Below are positions 43,945-54,366 of a stretch of DNA of 64,000 bases, piece after piece. This DNA comes from a virus. Taxonomy: Duplodnaviria; Caudoviricetes. The first letter of the stretch is position 1. Each line of letters begins with the position of its first letter. Both the position numbers and the translations under genes were made by a program. The notes under the pieces were generated by a model, which was not told the DNA's origin, searched no databases, and saw only the letters and a program-made list of their open reading frames with translations. The stretch covers positions 96,001-160,000 of the IMG/VR virus record IMGVR_UViG_3300011008_000004; one strand, given 5' to 3'.

Positions 43945-44649
43945 TTAGTCTATTCCTAAAACAAGTTGATTATTCTTTTTAAATTCTTCTCTTAAAGCTG
44001 CTAATTCAGCGTTTCCTTCTTCAAGAAGTGTTTGGCCGTCTTGTGTCCACAATGCGTTAGACTATGTGTATCTAGTTCTTATTCTTCCAACAATAGTTTT
44101 AGCTAATGCCGTTGATAATCTTACTAAATTATCAATCCAATAATCTGACTTTACTTGACTAACGTCATTATATCTTGGAACAAACTCTATAGTTATTCTT
44201 TCAGGTGTATCAAATGCGCAATTTATATACAATTGTTGTTTATCCCTATCAAATCTAAACGATAGATCTGTTGAGATAGTATTTCTCATTTGAAGCGCTG
44301 TATTCCAAGCTGCATAATTATAAGCCCAAGCATCGGTATTATAATTCGCGCCATTTCCAGCAAATATTTGCCATTGAGCCATATAAATAGGATCAGCCAT
44401 TCCAGTCTGTGTATTAGCTAACATTCCCTCAGTTCTAAAAACTCTTGATACAGAACTTGCACATAATTCTGATGTATCAATACAATGTGTATATGGAACT
44501 GTAACTAATGTAGTCGAACATATATAACGTTGTAGCTCTCTAAAAGCGGCCTATATTACCTTAGTGATTGTAGAATCATCTAACTCAGTTTCTAAAACAT
44601 AGCCTGTTAATGAGAGTTTAATTTCGTCTATGTAACTTTGTAAATCCAC
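43945..44649 (-). CDS. Neck/head-tail adaptor protein (gp13-like, TAG=Gln)
   Basis: GTG start behind GAGAGG; YIDEIKLSLTG..ELDD; GRIRTRYT[TAG]SNALWTQDGQTLLEEG. Confidence 0.7.
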
Positions 44650-44709
44650 AGAACAAGGCCTCTCTTTATGATTATATAATAATTTAGCTATTATATGATG
44701 CATAAAATA

Positions 44710-44750
44710 AGCATAGACCAGTTGCGGAGGTGATTCAACCAGCCTATGCT
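44710..44750 (-). terminator. Long terminator-like hairpin with an anti-SD loop
   Basis: AGCATAGGCTGGTTG-AATCACCTCCG-CAACTGGTCTATGCT followed by TATTTT. Confidence 0.65.
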
Positions 44751-44782
44751 CTATATCATACAGTTTACACTGATATGAACTA

Positions 44783-45604
44783 TTAAACAATTCTTATACG
44801 ATTAAAGCCACGTTTTTCTAATTCATCATTCAAATATTTAGCAAAATGAGGATCTTTAAATAATTCTACTCTCTCACTGTCTCTAATATGTTGCTTTAAA
44901 TCATATTCTATATTCCAAAAAGACCACACTAAATGTTCTATATCTGTAAATGATAATTTCTCTATATCTAACTTATCAAAAGGCCATATAACTTTCATTC
45001 CAACCTTAGCAACAGCGTCATCCAACATTTTTTGTTTTTCAAAAAATGTATTCATATGACTTTCATTATTTACCATTACTCTTATTTTCTTACGTTTAGT
45101 GCCTGTGTCTACAAGTGATTTCACTTCAGCGCTAGGCATACGCTCTCTAAGAGTTTTTAAAATATGTTTTACATTTTCTTTGCTATCATCTATAAGCCAG
45201 ACATAATATGATCCTGCTTTTCCAGTTATCTTCTTATAATCTAAGTCTTCTAAGGCATCATACAATTCAATAGGAATATCTTCCATAGCTTCTTTCAATT
45301 TCTTTTCAGGAACTATTGCGGGATAAATCTCATATTCGGCCTTAGCTAATGTATCTTCTAAATAATCTTTCTTAACAGGATCTTTTTCATTTTTAACTAA
45401 TCTTCTCAATGTTTGTACATCATCGCCTGTATAATCAAACATCAAATCCTCGTTAAGTCTATCTATATAAGATTCATAAGATGTAACTAAATCTTCATAT
45501 TCAGATTCTTCTAAATACTTTTTAGCTATGGTTTTTATATCATTTAAATCTAATAAAAGTTGTTCTTTATCATCTTTAAAATTTTGAAGTCTTCTTAAAT
45601 ACAT
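44783..45604 (-). CDS. Hypothetical protein
   Basis: 273-aa ORF containing LNE/LKE motifs. Confidence 0.6.
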   Translation of the reverse strand: MYLRRLQNFKDDKEQLLLDLNDIKTIAKKYLEESEYEDLVTSYESYIDRLNEDLMFDYTGDDVQTLRRLVKNEKDPVKKDYLEDTLAKAEYEIYPAIVPEKKLKEAMEDIPIELYDALEDLDYKKITGKAGSYYVWLIDDSKENVKHILKTLRERMPSAEVKSLVDTGTKRKKIRVMVNNESHMNTFFEKQKMLDDAVAKVGMKVIWPFDKLDIEKLSFTDIEHLVWSFWNIEYDLKQHIRDSERVELFKDPHFAKYLNDELEKRGFNRIRIV

Positions 45605-45628
45605 ATTATATAAAGCTGTTGTACCTAA

Positions 45629-46006
45629 CTATTCAACTAAATGTTTAACATCTTTATCTGCTAAAACAAATTTATCAACATATTCTTGAGCAAATACATC
45701 AACAACTTTATTATCAATTATAAGTGCGACATCATAATATTCATCAAATTCATAATCATATTTAGAATCATTAGTCAAAAACCAATCTTCATCATATCTA
45801 CTTTCTAAATTATCAAATTCTTCAGGGTCTTCATACATAGCTAATATAGCATCTTTTTGAGGATATGACAATTTTATGTTAAAAGTATCTTTAGAAGTTT
45901 TCTCAGAATCTATATCATCATAAATCATATTTTCATCTGATTCTAAAATAATCTTATTATCATTATATAATTTTTCAAAACTTTCATTTAAATTTAATCT
46001 TGGCAT
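45629..46006 (-). CDS. Hypothetical acidic protein
   Basis: Starts MPRLNLNESF; behind a GCTAAATTA motif. Confidence 0.6.
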   Translation of the reverse strand: MPRLNLNESFEKLYNDNKIILESDENMIYDDIDSEKTSKDTFNIKLSYPQKDAILAMYEDPEEFDNLESRYDEDWFLTNDSKYDYEFDEYYDVALIIDNKVVDVFAQEYVDKFVLADKDVKHLVE

Positions 46007-46099
46007 TTTGCATTCCTAAAATTAGTCTTACAATGTTTAATTTAGCTTAAATATAGAGATCATAGAATGACCTTCAGGATTAGTTAAATACTACGCTAA

Positions 46100-46252
46100 T
46101 TATTTATATTGCTTATGTTCTTTCAAATAATCTATGACTGCTTGTCTTATAACTGCAGCGACCGTGGTTTCATTATCTTTAGCAAAATCTTTTAACTTAG
46201 ATAATAATTCTTTAGATATTTGTAAACTTATCATTGTTTTATCTTTTTTCAT
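46100..46252 (-). CDS. Ribbon-helix-helix DNA-binding protein (50 aa)
   Basis: MISLQISKELLSKLKDFAKDNETTVAAVIRQAVIDYL, a CopG/RHH-like pattern; ATG at 46252. Confidence 0.7.
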   Translation of the reverse strand: MKKDKTMISLQISKELLSKLKDFAKDNETTVAAVIRQAVIDYLKEHKQYK

Positions 46253-46276
46253 ATTTAATTTAGCAACACAAAATAA

Positions 46277-46302
46277 AAGCAGTGAAAATATTTTCACTGC
46301 TT
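46277..46302 (-). terminator. Terminator closing the helicase/MTase cassette
   Basis: AAGCAGTGAAAA-TA-TTTTCACTGCTT hairpin. Confidence 0.75.
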
Positions 46303-46741
46303 AAATTATTTCACCATCATCAATCTGAATTGATCTTGATCTTGATCTTATATTATATTTTATATTATTTTCACAAGTTTTCCAATCGTCTGAAAATTCT
46401 AATAAATGAATCGCTCTTGATTTATCTAAGCAATCTTTTAAGCTATCATCTATTATTAACTGTATTGTTCCAAAATCATTTTCAACATTACCTTCATCTA
46501 TATAGGTTGCATCTATATAAGCGTATATGTCTTTAAATTTATTTTGAACATCAGATAAATCTATGCAAAAATAATAACCTCTTATATTAAATTGTATGAC
46601 ATTATTACTATAGTCTATTATAAAATTATCTACGCTAAGAAGTTTATTAACTATATTAGTTAAATTAAATTCTTCTTGTGAAATCATTTTAAATTTATAA
46701 TAAAACTTATTATTTTCTTCACATTTGTCTACTAATTTCAT
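46301..46741 (-). CDS. Hypothetical protein
   Basis: 146-aa ORF at the end of the cassette. Confidence 0.55.
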   Translation of the reverse strand: MKLVDKCEENNKFYYKFKMISQEEFNLTNIVNKLLSVDNFIIDYSNNVIQFNIRGYYFCIDLSDVQNKFKDIYAYIDATYIDEGNVENDFGTIQLIIDDSLKDCLDKSRAIHLLEFSDDWKTCENNIKYNIRSRSRSIQIDDGEII

Positions 46742-46759
46742 ATAATTAATTATACAAAA

Positions 46760-47233
46760 TTATATATCTAATAGTTTATACTTTTTAGCTCTACTAAATA
46801 CATTTTTCTTATCATAATCTTTTCCAAAATAATTTAAAGCAAATTCATTTAATGCATTACCTTGATGTATCTGCCAGTCTTGTATATGTGGTTTACCTAA
46901 TATGTCACACACTCTATTTATACGATATCTACAAACTGGTATAATTTTAAAATCATATTCATTTCCAAATATCTTATCAGAATCAGCTCCTGCTATTAAA
47001 CAAGCAATTAGTAAATTACCAGAGCCACAAGTCGGATCAAGTATCTTTAAACCTGACAATGATTCACATTCAAATTTTTCTAACATCTGAATACATACAT
47101 CTGCAGGAGTATAGAATTGTCCTAAATTCTTTCTATCTTCTTTATAAAGACCTTCATATAGATTAGATTTAAATTCCTCACTATTTAAGATAGTTTTTAT
47201 ATTAAGTTTTTGTTCATCAGTTAACTTAAACAA
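46760..47233 (-). CDS. SAM-binding half of an N6-adenine DNA methyltransferase
   Basis: LGQFYTP, ILDPTCGSGNLL, IFGNEYD, IHQGNAL; no NPPY motif; TTG start behind AGGAG. Confidence 0.8.
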   Translation of the reverse strand: MFKLTDEQKLNIKTILNSEEFKSNLYEGLYKEDRKNLGQFYTPADVCIQMLEKFECESLSGLKILDPTCGSGNLLIACLIAGADSDKIFGNEYDFKIIPVCRYRINRVCDILGKPHIQDWQIHQGNALNEFALNYFGKDYDKKNVFSRAKKYKLLDI

Positions 47234-47246
47234 AATAACTCCTAAA

Positions 47247-47825
47247 TTATATACTTGTTAGTTTCAATAGTCTTTTATAAAATATTTCTCTGTCACTATC
47301 AGTTAAATCTAAATGATTAAGCCAGTACTTCAAAAGATCACAGTAATCATCATAATTATACTCAATAATACTAAATGCTTTTTCTTGCCAAGGTTGTAAT
47401 TTTATACTATAACTAAACCAATCGTTTAATTGTGGTATCATAAAATTTATAACACCATCAGATATAAAGCCACCGAGTTGTTCTTTTCTAAGAAGATTTA
47501 TTTTTATATGAATAATTAAATGTTCTAAATAATTGCAATATGTAAGATTTTCAGCATGCTGATACATATAGTCAAATTGTCTAGCAACTTTAGGATCTGA
47601 TAAATTATTTACTAACGAATTCGCAGGATCATATTCATAATCATGATGGACAAACAATCCCTCATTACCTCTACCGTTCTTAGTTGACTTTCTCGTGCAG
47701 TTAACATCCATGAAATAGTTCTCAGAAACAGGTCCGTATTTTTCTTTTAGATATTGATATAGAGCCGGAAGTTCTAGATCCAACTCTTTCTTGATTTCTG
47801 ATTTATTCATATTTATATAAATCAA
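47247..47825 (-). CDS. HNH-like nuclease
   Basis: GLFVHHDYE...ENLTYCNYLEHLIIHIKI beta-beta-alpha-Me-like pattern. Confidence 0.55.
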   Translation of the reverse strand: MIYINMNKSEIKKELDLELPALYQYLKEKYGPVSENYFMDVNCTRKSTKNGRGNEGLFVHHDYEYDPANSLVNNLSDPKVARQFDYMYQHAENLTYCNYLEHLIIHIKINLLRKEQLGGFISDGVINFMIPQLNDWFSYSIKLQPWQEKAFSIIEYNYDDYCDLLKYWLNHLDLTDSDREIFYKRLLKLTSI

Positions 47826-48015
47826 TAATTTCTTTCTTTAAATTAGACAATAGTTTGTCATTTAATTTTAGGTCAGAATAAGTAGTAATAAGTGATGCTA
47901 AATATCTATAAGTTTCTTCTACTCTAGCTAATTCTTCCTCCAAGGTGCCAGTTAGTCCCAAATGTTCTCTAGCTTCTCTATTTAATGCTTTTATTTGTTC
48001 TTGTTGAAAATTCAT
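47803..48015 (-). CDS. Small hypothetical protein
   Basis: 70-aa helical ORF coupled to its neighbours. Confidence 0.5.
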   Translation of the reverse strand: MNFQQEQIKALNREAREHLGLTGTLEEELARVEETYRYLASLITTYSDLKLNDKLLSNLKKEIIDLYKYE

Positions 48016-48018
48016 AAT

Positions 48019-49170
48019 TTATAATATCTCCTTTACAATTTTACATATTTCTTTTTCTTTGTCATTTAGTTCAAATTTTTCAGCGGCTTCGATTAAGATC
48101 TTTTGATTTTCTTCGCTCACATTTAGCTTTGTAAATACGTCATTCCAAGTTAAACAATCTGAATAGTCAATGTCAGCCCATCTACACCAACCTTCAGGAC
48201 TTGAGCTATAAATTAATTTAATGAATTTTAAACCCAATTCTGAATATACTAATTTTTTAAACTGTAAACATCCTTTAATTTTAGCTATCGGACAATTAGG
48301 ATAGTCTGCTCCATCTTTATAATCTTCTTTGAAAATGTTATATCTAGTGGAATATGTCCAATCTTTTCCATTTGCTACTGCTAAATACCCATGAATGACA
48401 TCAAAGCCCCCAGAATTTTGAGTAAATATAGTGTCATCATATACTAACTTAGATCCACATCTACCTCCATTAAAAATGGTCTTATTTTCACATACATGAT
48501 GTAGATAATCTATTATAGCTGATTTAACTTCTTTATCATTATGTCTAATTTGAAGTAAACATCTTGCATCCACTTCAGTGAAATTATTTTCTACTCGTTG
48601 AATCTTTGTAAGTGCTGGAGTTACGGCTGCATCAGAAAAAGCATTAGGACAAATATTAGGAGTGCTATCAGTATCAATATATCTATAAATATTATTTGAA
48701 AAGAAGTAATCATTACCAGGTTCAAGATTTACATATTCCTTAAATTCAACTGTATCAATAATTTTCTTTGTGATATTAGCCCCTATTTTCCCATAAGGTG
48801 GATTGGCTATAATTAAATCAAATTTCATTGTATTTATATCCTTAAATTTAACAAAATTTATATTAATATTCTTATACACATCCTTTATAAAATATACAAT
48901 ATGATCAAATATTGAATCATTGTCACCTGTATAAAAAGTTAATGTAATATCTAAATTACTTTTGGTTAAAAGTTTATTAACTATCTGTAATCCGGCATCA
49001 TCAATAACTAAAATAGATTTCTTATTATATAAATTTGCATAATCAATTATAGTATTTATACTTTCTTCTGAAAAACAAAAATACTCTCTACCAATGTGCT
49101 TAGTTACTGCATTTATGCTATTTATAAGTCGTTTAGATATATTAGTTTTATTATAATTAAAAATATTCAT
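48019..49170 (-). CDS. Catalytic/target-recognition half of an amino-methyltransferase (Eco57I-like)
   Basis: KFDLIIANPPYG motif IV; no intact FxGxG motif I (only VIDDAG). Confidence 0.72.
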   Translation of the reverse strand: MNIFNYNKTNISKRLINSINAVTKHIGREYFCFSEESINTIIDYANLYNKKSILVIDDAGLQIVNKLLTKSNLDITLTFYTGDNDSIFDHIVYFIKDVYKNININFVKFKDINTMKFDLIIANPPYGKIGANITKKIIDTVEFKEYVNLEPGNDYFFSNNIYRYIDTDSTPNICPNAFSDAAVTPALTKIQRVENNFTEVDARCLLQIRHNDKEVKSAIIDYLHHVCENKTIFNGGRCGSKLVYDDTIFTQNSGGFDVIHGYLAVANGKDWTYSTRYNIFKEDYKDGADYPNCPIAKIKGCLQFKKLVYSELGLKFIKLIYSSSPEGWCRWADIDYSDCLTWNDVFTKLNVSEENQKILIEAAEKFELNDKEKEICKIVKEIL

Positions 49171-49172
49171 AA

Positions 49173-51038
49173 TTACTCAACACAAACTTTATCTAAATAT
49201 TTATATATCATTGACACATATCTTGGATATTGTTTTAACACATAAGTCCAAGCTTCTCTAGGACCAAACAAACCCTCAATAACATATTTCCATTTCCCTT
49301 CATCATATAAATCAGTAGCAATAACTGTATCCTCATCATCGCCTGAATCTTTTAGATGACTTATAGTGTTTACAAAACTAGCTTCCAAGCGCTGTCTATA
49401 ATCTTGCGTGTATTTATCTACTTCATCAGCTTCATTATCTTTACCTATATTTCTTAAAGCTTTTGCAAGCTACTGTGAAGTGCTAGCTCTTTTAACAGCT
49501 TCACTATCTCTAAGTGAGGGATCTCTTCCAAACAACTCTTCTTTTATATCATTTAAAGATTTAGCATCATCGAAAAATCTAAACACTTCAGGGGAGAATA
49601 ATTCAAAATTAAATTCTTCAAATAATAGTCTTTGTCCAGGTCTATAAGTATTAAGAATATCTATAATTTGATTATAATCTTTAACTTCTTCTAAATTAAG
49701 AATTAATTTAATAGCGCCATTGTCTATTGCTTGATTAAACGCATCTTTTTCAGAAGTATTAGATGATTTATTCATAAGTTTAGCGTAATCATTGAAAGCT
49801 GTTAAGCCTTGCCACTGATTAAAACATAAACAATAGCCCACAGTTTTACCTTCTTCAGGCGTTCTAACTCTCTGACTTTTTTGAATAAATGGAATAGCTT
49901 GAGTCGTATCTTTTAAGAAAGCTACAGCATCAAGATGTTTTAACGTAGTGCCGGTGCCACATTTATTACAAGTTATACCTATTTTAACTTTCCCATTATT
50001 CGTAGAATAAAAGTCATTTAGCTTATCAGCTTCTGTGTCAAGTTTCTTCTCATCTTCAGACTCAGTTGTATTATCAGAAATGTAATCTCCACATAAATTT
50101 ATAAATTCTATTTTATTTAAATATAATTTAGAATAATTTTTAACAATATCATTACCTACTTTCTTAAGAGGCACAAAAAATAAAAAATTATTTATATGTT
50201 TAGTGTCTGCAAACTCTATAATCTTGTCTAAAAATTCAATAGCATATTCTTTATAATGATAATCAGAAAATATTTTCTTAAAGTATGCTGAACTTACGCC
50301 ATACTTCTTACTGTCATTAGCATCTGAAATTACGTCCATAGCTGAATCGCAATTTTTAGCGTAATTCAAAACATGCATCTCGAGTTGAACCGGTATATAA
50401 TCAGTTATAAGTCCACTATTAAAATCATCTCTTTCATCAGCTATAGTGTACATATATGACTTGTCATCTCCATCGGCAGTATCTAAGCTAAATTCTTCTT
50501 TTAAATAATTCCTATAAGGAGTTCCAGATAAATAAACCTTATTATAGTTGCGTAGTCTATTTAATATAGTATTGTCTGTACGTTCAGTGCCAGCGCCAAT
50601 ATGTGATTCATCGTAAACTAATGTTCTAATACCGTCATGATTATTAAAAAATTTCAACAATTCTAAACTTTTTTGAGATTCATTACCAAGTTTCTGTGTA
50701 GAACAATATATAACGTGTCGTCCGGTATAAGATAAACTATTAAAATCTATATCATTTATCTCCTGTTCTAATATAGAAGTATCAAAACCAACCTTTTTAG
50801 CGCCATCTCTCCATTCATTTTTAATAGATAAAGTAGATATAATTAAAATGATTTGATTAGATATATTTAATTCATCGGCTAAATCTTTCAATGTTTGTAA
50901 AGTTGTTATAGTTTTACCAAATCTACAATTAGCAGCTATAAGAAATTCTTTTATGCCTTTTTTATAACTATTTATTAGTTTATTATGACACTCTTCTTGT
51001 CTCAATCTAAGTTGCCAACCATTACTTAATTTAATCAT
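49173..51038 (-). CDS. SF2 (ResIII/DEAD-like) helicase, 621 aa with one TAG at codon 523
   Basis: LRLRQEE, AANCRFGKT, YDESH, LSGTP, QKSQRVRT; ORF 49173-49388 is in frame after TAG 49470. Confidence 0.8.
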
Positions 51039-51067
51039 ATTACACCTCATTTACAATTTACAAATTT

Positions 51068-51096
51068 ATTGTAATACAAAATTTAAGATAAGTCAA
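51068..51096 (-). promoter_or_regulatory. sigma70-type promoter of the helicase/MTase cassette
   Basis: TTGACT-17 nt-TACAAT immediately after the capsid terminator. Confidence 0.75.
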
Positions 51097-51115
51097 CTAA
51101 ATATTTAACAAAAAA

Positions 51116-51147
51116 AAATGCTGATAGAAATTCATCTATCAGCATTT
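51116..51147 (-). terminator. Terminator after the major capsid gene
   Basis: AAATGCTGATAGA-AATTCA-TCTATCAGCATTT hairpin with a long U-tract. Confidence 0.85.
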
Positions 51148-51170
51148 AATTTCAATTTAACTTACTTCAA

Positions 51171-52502
51171 TTAAGCAAGAGTCTTAATATTAAGACCAGT
51201 GTTCTTGATTTCAGTAAAGTCTTCGTAAATCTTACCAGCAACTAATAAGTTCTTGTTTAAGATCTTAAGGTCATATAAAGTTGACCAACCTTGTGTCATA
51301 TTACCGTCAGCGAATCCAAGTAATTGAGTTGGAACGATAGGCATATAAGGAGCATAAACTGCTGCACTTGAAGCCATGTCAGAACCATTAACACCAAATA
51401 CGAATTTACCAGCTTCAAGAGCAGGAGATACGTAAACTTTAATACCACCGATTGTACCACACATATAAGGACCATTGATTGCACCTACAGGAGCTGCAGT
51501 AAATCCTTTGCAGAATTGAACAACAGGAAGAACGTCAGAAGCAATTAACATGTATGTAGGAGCAAATCTCTTTGTTCTATCATAGATGATTCTTGTTGCA
51601 TCAGCGATAACTTTTGCAAATGCTTCATATCTTTCAAACATTGTTTCACCAACTCTTTGAGCGATATTGAATTTTAATGTGTTATCTAATTCAGCATTAT
51701 CAGCTAAAAGTTGAACAACTTCAGAGTCGATTTCATAAGATAATTGACCTACAGCTTTTTCAGCTAATTGGTCGCCAAGATCGAAACCATAATCTGTTTT
51801 AGCTTGGAAAGCAGCAAATTGAGAGAAGTAAATAGCAATGTGTCTAGCTTTTGCAACTAAAGGCATTGTCTTCATTTGTGCTTTAATAGTAGGAAGATCG
51901 TTTTGAGGAACGATTTGGTTGTCATATACATATGCAACTTTAACTACGTTTGTAGCACCACCAAAATCGATAGTGCCGTCTTTAGCAACGGTTACGCCTG
52001 CAACTTCTGTGCCATCACTTGCGAAAGCTTTGAATGTTTCAGGAATAACAGGTGTCCAAACAACTTTTGTTTGACCTGCAGTTAAAACTTCAACAACTCT
52101 AGCGCCAGTGTAGTCAGGGTCAACTTTACCAAGACCAAATGGACTATTGAATAAGTCACCTTGTTTAATAGCACCTTTGTTACTTCCAGCAACATATTCA
52201 ACATAGTTGATATAACCACTGTAAGAAGTCATAGGATGAACTATTACGATATCATGTGCTATTAAGTTAGGTAATGCAACTGTAACTAAGTTAAGTGCAA
52301 ATTTCTTATAAGCACCTAAATCACTTCTTTGAGTTCCAACAGAACTTTCAAAAGCTTCGTTAATGCAACGATTTACGTTTTCAAGGCACTTAGCAACTAC
52401 TAATTTTTTATTGTCGCTCATCTTAGCACCATTATGTGCTTGCATGTGCATTTTTTCAGAAAGAGCGAGTCTATTTTTATAACTTTCGAATAAAGTATTC
52501 AT
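51171..52502 (-). CDS. Major capsid protein (T4 gp23-like)
   Basis: PNLIAHDIVIVHPM, AKAR, LSYEIDSE, YAPYMP; strongly biased codon usage; no TAG. Confidence 0.92.
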   Translation of the reverse strand: MNTLFESYKNRLALSEKMHMQAHNGAKMSDNKKLVVAKCLENVNRCINEAFESSVGTQRSDLGAYKKFALNLVTVALPNLIAHDIVIVHPMTSYSGYINYVEYVAGSNKGAIKQGDLFNSPFGLGKVDPDYTGARVVEVLTAGQTKVVWTPVIPETFKAFASDGTEVAGVTVAKDGTIDFGGATNVVKVAYVYDNQIVPQNDLPTIKAQMKTMPLVAKARHIAIYFSQFAAFQAKTDYGFDLGDQLAEKAVGQLSYEIDSEVVQLLADNAELDNTLKFNIAQRVGETMFERYEAFAKVIADATRIIYDRTKRFAPTYMLIASDVLPVVQFCKGFTAAPVGAINGPYMCGTIGGIKVYVSPALEAGKFVFGVNGSDMASSAAVYAPYMPIVPTQLLGFADGNMTQGWSTLYDLKILNKNLLVAGKIYEDFTEIKNTGLNIKTLA

Positions 52503-52533
52503 AACTCTTTTAATTCCTTAAATATATAGAATC

Positions 52534-54174
52534 TTATTGATTCATTTGTTTATTAGCGAGATTTATTAGACTTTCGTCTACAGTATCATCATGCCAAGCA
52601 TCTCTCGTTAAAGGCTCGACAGATTCAGTTACTTTAAATCTAACATCTTTACGATCATTAGCAAATGGTAACTTGTTAACATTAATTTGATAGTCTCTAA
52701 TACCTTCACAAATTTTATCTATATCTGCAAAAGAATAATTTTCAGACAATCTATTTTTAATTTCATTAGCTGAAACTCTTAATTGTCTTGCCTTAGAATC
52801 TATATATCTGTCAACAGCTGTATTAGCTATTTTTTGATATTTCTCTGCAATAGATTTCATTTTGCTAATCTTATCAGAGTATTCTTTACTCTTAATGATA
52901 GCATTTTTCTTAGCTTCCTCTAAATCTTCTTTTAAAGAATTATTGGTTGCTTTAATACTTTCAACTAACTTTCTTTCAGTAGCTAAACTTTCTTTTAAAC
53001 TATGTATAGTCTTATCTTTAGATGCGACTGACTCATTTAAAATAGTTTGTTTACTTGCTTCAGATTTTTTAGCTTCAAGCATTTGTCTAATTTTAATATT
53101 CTTTTGATTGATAATTCTATCTTTTGTCTTTAATTGTTCATTAAGTTCAGCAATAGTCTTATCTTTCTCTGATATATCTTCACTAGACTGTTTAACTTTA
53201 CTTTGAAGATTAACAACTTCAGATCTTAAAACTTTAGAATTTTTACTTGATTCACTTAATTCAACTGTAGAAGATTTAAATCTTCTAAGTTCTTCTTGCA
53301 ATTCTGCTTCTTTCGCATCGTGAACTGATAGCTTTTCTTGTAAGGAAATAAGCTAATCTTTTAAAATTTTGTTTTGTCTTAATTGTTCTTGCAATTCTTT
53401 AACTACTTCTATTCCGTTATCATCGGCTACAGGTTTGTCATCGACTGCTTCAATCTTCTCTATATTCGATTCAGATTCAACTTTCGTTTCTTCTGATTTT
53501 TCGACTTTTTTATTTTCTTCTAAATCTATACCTATTTCTTTTAAAGCTTCAATCATTACTTTTTTATCATTTTCATTTTTAGCTTTAGCTATAGATTCAG
53601 TTAAAACCTTTTCTAATGTTTTGCCTTTCTTTTTAGTTTGTAAAGATTCTGTAACATATTGTAAACGAGCTTCTTTAACTGCTGGAATCAATACAACATC
53701 AAAACATTCAAAATTATATGTATCAGGATCTACTGATTCTTCACCATTATAATCTTCAATAGTTTCACCAGTTCCTCTTGAAGAAATACCTACAGTACTA
53801 CCATATTGACATAATGTATTTAATATATTGCCACATGGTGTATCTAATATATCTAAAACAGCATAAAGCTTATTGTCTTTACCACGTTTAGGCATTTCAG
53901 GCATTGATACCGCTACTTTTTCGATATCAAGCTCTGTTCTATCTTCAGGGTGTCCTAATTCACCATAACATACTTTATTTTTAAATTTTTCCTGAGTTAA
54001 TGGATCACTAAAAACCTTTTCCCATAATTGCTCAGAATATCTACGTCCATTTCTTGTAGGAAAAGCTATATCAGCAACAGGACCAACTAAACGAGCAAGT
54101 ATTTTTCTAGCTTTCATTTCCTCTGCAGATAACTTTTTATATTCAAATTTAGGTGTATTTAAACTTTCTAACAT
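52534..54174 (-). CDS. Prohead protease (gp21-like) fused to a coiled-coil scaffold through one TAG at 53353
   Basis: TRNGRRY, GELGHP, LDTPCG, GISSRGTG, FDVVLIPA; the downstream coiled-coil ORF is in frame. Confidence 0.85.
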
Positions 54175-54229
54175 TTAAATCTCCAGAAGCCAATAACTCT
54201 TAAAATATATGACATTTTATCATATATAA

Positions 54230-54238
54230 TAATTTAGC
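54230..54238 (-). promoter_or_regulatory. GCTAAATTA late-promoter-like motif upstream of the protease/capsid operon
   Basis: The identical 9-mer also lies just upstream of genes at 9457, 10011, 13019, 28476, 44680, 46038, 46256 and 61264. Confidence 0.7.
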
Positions 54239-54366
54239 TATGGCTTTATAAGCTTATTTTAATATTTATGCAATATGATTAATTTTATTTCCGGAAGTCG
54301 TTTATATATTAATTTAAAATATATAATTATTATATAATATATTAATATAAACACTATTTCCGGAAG

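Noticed and set aside
44650-44790. N-terminal extension of ORF 44551-44790
   Set aside because: It runs through a terminator hairpin and promoter motif; the GTG at 44649 with a GAGAGG RBS is the better start.
15701-51484. Nested minus-strand alternative-frame ORFs 15701-15952 and 51296-51484
   Set aside because: They lie wholly within the SSB and capsid genes, with no independent RBS or motifs.
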